Shown piece after piece: positions 55,405 to 58,897 of a stretch of 58,897 nt of DNA. This DNA is from a virus (taxonomy: Duplodnaviria > Caudoviricetes): positions 1 to 58,897 of the IMG/VR virus record IMGVR_UViG_3300021376_000063; one strand, given 5' to 3'. The first letter of the stretch is position 1; each line of letters starts with the position of its first letter. The notes beneath the pieces are model-generated. The model saw only the letters and a program-made list of their open reading frames with translations, was not told the origin of the DNA and ran no database searches. The position numbers were made by a program, and so were the translations under genes.

Positions 55405-55754
55405 TAGATTCCTCTATAAATGACGGTGAATATTGGATGTTTAGATTCTAGCATGTCTGCCATAAATCTGCAAGCAACATCTGGATTGGTATGATTGCCA
55501 CAGGTAAAGATATCTACAGCAGCATAACTTTTCTCAGGCCATGTATGAATACTGATATGACTTTCCGATAGCAGACAAACAGCAGTGATTCCCTGTGGCG
55601 TGAATTCATATTTAACTTCTTCAATCAACGTTGCGTTAGCATGTTCTACTGCTTGCCTAAGGGAAGTGCTAATAAATTCTGAGTTGTTTAAAAGGTCTGC
55701 ATTACATTCACACAACTCAGCGATGTGATGCACACCAAGCACTTCATTAACCAT
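55404..55754 (-). CDS. speD: S-adenosylmethionine decarboxylase
   Basis: F.PQG.T...LLSESHISIHTWPE..YAAVDIFTCG (E/S self-cleavage site). Confidence 0.95.
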   Translation of the reverse strand: MVNEVLGVHHIAELCECNADLLNNSEFISTSLRQAVEHANATLIEEVKYEFTPQGITAVCLLSESHISIHTWPEKSYAAVDIFTCGNHTNPDVACRFMADMLESKHPIFTVIYRGI

Positions 55755-55791
55755 CAATGTATCTCCAATGTCGTTGAGTATTTATTGCAAT

Positions 55792-55813
55792 AAAAAAGGG
55801 GGATTGCTCCCCC
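55792..55813 (-). terminator. Intrinsic terminator after psbA
   Basis: GGGGGA-GCAA-TCCCCC (GNRA loop) followed by T6. Confidence 0.8.
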
Positions 55814-55837
55814 AGTTTATCAGTTGTAACTGAAGTG

Positions 55838-56920
55838 TCAACCGATTGCAGGTGCAGTGAGTGCCACAGGGGTCATCTCAGCAGCAGCAAGATCGAGTGG
55901 GAAGTTGTGAGCGTTGCGCTCGTGCATCACTTCCATACCAAGACCACCACGATTCAGAATATCTGCCCAAGTGTTGATAACATGACCCTGACTATCTTGG
56001 ATAGACTGGTTAAAGTTAAAACCATTCAGATTGAATGCCATGGTGCTAACGCCAAGAGCAGTAAACCAGATACCGACTACAGGCCAAGCAGCAAGGAAGA
56101 AGTGCAGCGAGCGTGAGTTATTGAAGGAAGCGTATTGGAAAATAAGACGACCGAAATAACCGTGTGCAGCTACAATGTTGTAGGTTTCTTCTTCTTGTCC
56201 GAACTTGTAACCATAGTTTTGTGACTCATTCTCTGTGGTTTCACGCACGAGGGAACTTGTGACCAAAGATCCATGCATAGCAGAGAAAAGAGAACCGCCA
56301 AATACACCAGCCACCCCAAGCATATGGAAGGGGTGCATGAGGATATTATGCTCCGCCTGGAAAACAAGCATGTAGTTAAATGTTCCACTAATGCCGAGCG
56401 GCATAGCATCAGAGAAGGAACCTTGTCCAAAGGGATACACGAGGAAAACTGCAGAAGCAGCAGCAACGGGTGCGCTGTAGGCAACACAAATCCAAGGACG
56501 CATACCCAGTCGGTAAGAGAGTTCCCATTCACGACCCATGTAAGCATAGATACCGATCAGAAAGTGGAAGACGACCAGTTGAAATGGTCCACCATTATAT
56601 AGCCACTCGTCGAGAGAGGCTGCTTCCCAGATGGGATAGAAGTGCAGTCCAATAGCATTGGACGATGGGACAACAGCACCAGAGATGATGTTGTTTCCCC
56701 ACATGAGCGAGCCAGCGACGGGCTCACGGATGCCGTCAATATCCACGGGGGGTGCGGCGATGAAGGCGACGATGAAGCAGATGGTTGCTGCAAGCAGGGT
56801 GGGAATCATAAGAGTTCCAAACCAACCGACATACAAACGATTGTCGGTAGAGGTAACCCACTCGCAGAAGTTTTGCCAAATGTTTTCACCACCGCGACGT
56901 GTTGCGATAGTTGCAGTCAT
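55838..56920 (-). CDS. psbA: Photosystem II D1 protein
   Basis: [47 protein letters not shown]; uninterrupted 360 aa. Confidence 0.99.
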   Translation of the reverse strand: MTATIATRRGGENIWQNFCEWVTSTDNRLYVGWFGTLMIPTLLAATICFIVAFIAAPPVDIDGIREPVAGSLMWGNNIISGAVVPSSNAIGLHFYPIWEAASLDEWLYNGGPFQLVVFHFLIGIYAYMGREWELSYRLGMRPWICVAYSAPVAAASAVFLVYPFGQGSFSDAMPLGISGTFNYMLVFQAEHNILMHPFHMLGVAGVFGGSLFSAMHGSLVTSSLVRETTENESQNYGYKFGQEEETYNIVAAHGYFGRLIFQYASFNNSRSLHFFLAAWPVVGIWFTALGVSTMAFNLNGFNFNQSIQDSQGHVINTWADILNRGGLGMEVMHERNAHNFPLDLAAAEMTPVALTAPAIG

Positions 56921-56950
56921 TGAAAATACTCCGAGTAGTTGAGAAAGTAT

Positions 56951-56978
56951 TGTTAAGGAATGTTTCGTTTCCTTAACA
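56951..56978 (-). ncRNA. psbA 5' leader hairpin (PhotoRC-II-like cis element, tentative)
   Basis: TGTTAAGGAA-8 nt-TTCCTTAACA perfect 10-bp stem just after the predicted transcription start; motif assignment is from position only. Confidence 0.5.
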
Positions 56979-56980
56979 TT

Positions 56981-57014
56981 TATTTATAGTAGCACGGGTT
57001 ACCGAACCTGTCAA
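56981..57014 (-). promoter_or_regulatory. Overlapping sigma70-like and T4 late promoters for psbA
   Basis: TTGACA-17 bp-TACTAT with the -10 running into TATAAATA. Confidence 0.8.
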
Positions 57015-57033
57015 GCCCCCTAGGCAGACCATT

Positions 57034-57041
57034 TATAAATA
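57034..57041 (+). promoter_or_regulatory. T4-type late promoter
   Basis: TATAAATA 31 nt upstream of ATG 57073. Confidence 0.7.
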
Positions 57042-57072
57042 ACATAAATAGAAACCTTTTTGCGTTCGTGTA

Positions 57073-58897
57073 ATGGCAAACCGCTTCCCTTTGATTGTCA
57101 ATCCTGACACTAAAGAAATTCAAGAATTAAAAGCTAATGACAACTTAGACTTAACTGGCAATGGTATATACGCTGGTGGATCTCTAGGATTGAATGGTCA
57201 AGTTTTGGCGAGTAATGGCAATACTGTGGAATGGAGGACTGTTTCTGGTGGTGGGGGAGGAGGTGGAGGTCTAGATTTAGACACCACCTATATTATAGAA
57301 GCAGAAAATGCTGACGACGGTGCTACTTTAAATCTAGTAGCAGGAGGAACTGGAGTTGGAACTATCAAGGTTAAATTTTTAGATAATGCACAGTTAGAAT
57401 ATAACGTTGCCAATAATTTAACTTTCACCAGCTCAATCAAAACTGGTAGCATAACAAATAATTTATTAACAAACTCATCTATTAGCGTTAATATTAACGG
57501 AGTATCTCAATCAGTTCCTCTTGGTGGCAGCGTAACTATTCCACAATACGGAAATGTATTCACAACTGCCACCCAAACTATAACAAACAAAACATTTAAT
57601 AACTGTCTATTATCAGGAGCAACTAATTCATTTTCTCTAATTCCAAATAGTGCTTTAGTTAATAGCTCCATCACAATTAACGGTACTCAGGTTTCTCTAG
57701 GTGGCAGCATCAATATTGTAGGTGGTGGCAGTGGAGTAGATACCAACACTACATACACACTATCATCAGTTGATGGAGATACTGCTAGCAAAAAAGTAAT
57801 ACGCCTAACAGGTAGCGATACCAGCACTACAAATGTCACACTAGTATCTGGAAATGGAATTTCATTAACTAGATCTTCCAATGAAATAACCATTTCAAAT
57901 ACACTAACCGACACAAATACAACTTATAGTGTATCTTCAGACACACTATTATCTAATGGCAATGCTGTTGGAGCAAGAGTAAATCTTGTAGGCGGTGGCA
58001 GCGGCAGTGGAAATGGAATCACTGATAGAATTAACTTGAGAAATGGCACAGGAGTTGTAGTTTCTTCCACAAGTGACAGTGATATTTCGTTTTCTATTGG
58101 TCAAAGCGTTAACACAACTTCAAATGTAACTTTCAATGACCTAACATTGACTGGAAGTTTATCTGTTGCTGGCGCACTAACTTATGTCAACACCACAAAT
58201 TTAGTCGTAACAGATAAGACTATTACTATCGCTGATGGTGTTACTAACTCTACCTTAGCAAATGGGGCTGGCATTCTCCTAGGCACTTCAAATATTAATT
58301 TAACTTATAGTCATGACTCTGCAGCTTGGGAGTCAACTGCACACTTTAATCTAGTGCCAACCAAAACATTTAAAATTGGTGGCACTAGTGTATTAACTGC
58401 CACCCAAGTATTAGGCAAATCAATGCCAACTGGCAATGTGGTAGGCACTATAGATACCCAATCGTTGAGTAATAAAACTCTCGTCAATCCTGTAGTATCA
58501 TCAATCATTAATACTGGCACAGTGTATTTCCCTGCGCCAAACATTGCAGATACTCTAGTTGCTAGAAATACTTCTGACATTCTAACCAACAAAACTATTA
58601 GTGGAAGCACCAATACTATTTCAAATATTGGAAACTCATCACTAACTAATAGCAGTATCACAATTAATGGCACAACTGTTGCGTTAGGAGAAACAATATC
58701 TGTCACCGCTACAGATCCATATAGTGACGAAAAAGCACAAGATGCTGTCGCAGGAAGTTTTACAACTGGAGTGCATACTGGAATTAGTTTTTCTTATGAT
58801 GATACTACAGGAAAAATTAATGCCACTGTAACTGGCGGCGGTAGTGGGGTTGCCCAAATTCAATCGGATTGGACGCAAACTAACACAGCATCTCTTG
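57073..58897 (+). CDS. Virion structural / tail-fibre-like protein, 3'-truncated (not in ORF track)
   Basis: MANRFPLIVNPDTKEIQEL..DNLDLTG; appears open to the window end; repeated NSSITING..V.LG and TQ.(I/L).NKT fibre motifs. Confidence 0.8.
   Translation, partial: MANRFPLIVNPDTKEIQELKANDNLDLTGNGIYAGGSLGLNGQVLASNGNTVEWRTVSGGGGGGGGLDLDTTYIIEAENADDGATLNLVAGGTGVGTIKVKFLDNAQLEYNVANNLTFTSSIKTGSITNNLLTNSSISVNINGVSQSVPLGGSVTIPQYGNVFTTATQTITNKTFNNCLLSGATNSFSLIPNSALVNSSITINGTQVSLGGSINIVGGGSGVDTNTTYTLSSVDGDTASKKVIRLTGSDTSTTNVTLVSGNGISLTRSSNEITISNTLTDTNTTYSVSSDTLLSNGNAVGARVNLVGGGSGSGNGITDRINLRNGTGVVVSSTSDSDISFSIGQSVNTTSNVTFNDLTLTGSLSVAGALTYVNTTNLVVTDKTITIADGVTNSTLANGAGILLGTSNINLTYSHDSAAWESTAHFNLVPTKTFKIGGTSVLTATQVLGKSMPTGNVVGTIDTQSLSNKTLVNPVVSSIINTGTVYFPAPNIADTLVARNTSDILTNKTISGSTNTISNIGNSSLTNSSITINGTTVALGETISVTATDPYSDEKAQDAVAGSFTTGVHTGISFSYDDTTGKINATVTGGGSGVAQIQSDWTQTNTASL

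Noticed and set aside
55835-56942. Several alternative-frame and antisense ORFs over psbA
   Set aside because: Expected in a GC-richer conserved gene with few off-frame stop codons
57687-58878. Minus-strand ORFs at the window end
   Set aside because: Antisense shadows of the long plus-strand fibre gene

Overview
The window is a segment of a T4-like cyanomyovirus (Kyanoviridae-type) genome, with most genes on the minus strand; a Synechococcus/Cyanobium-type host is inferred from psbA, cp12, speD and phoH. 1-8.7 kb is a tightly packed array of small early-type ORFs under sigma70-like promoters, including a PD-(D/E)XK endonuclease, an NblA-like ORF and a divergent flavin-dependent halogenase. 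8.7-28.7 kb is a tail-fibre module: a 3789-aa giant virion protein, three tandem tail-collar proteins (one Ig-rich) and a fibre assembly chaperone. tRNA-Thr(UGU) and tRNA-Leu(UAA) follow. 29.8-47.2 kb is the baseplate/tail cluster: split gp5, CP12, a gp27-like hub, two paralogous tape-measure-like proteins with enzyme cargo, gp51, gp26, gp54-like, gp4, gp2, gp48 and gp53. 47.2-55.8 kb holds replication and metabolism genes (gp32, gp33, exonuclease, phoH, pyrimidine-dimer glycosylase-like, thyX, rnh, glutaredoxin, speD), followed by psbA and a truncated plus-strand fibre-like gene. The most notable signals are: a T-TTT-TTC slippery site that would fuse gp26 to gp51 by -1 frameshift just upstream of the tape-measure-like genes; four nested helical repeats with a phycobiliprotein-like C-x-R-D-I-G-Y motif in the giant virion protein; and a circularly permuted SGNH domain and an ART-like domain in the tape-measure-like proteins. 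All calls come from reading motifs by eye; no database searches were run.
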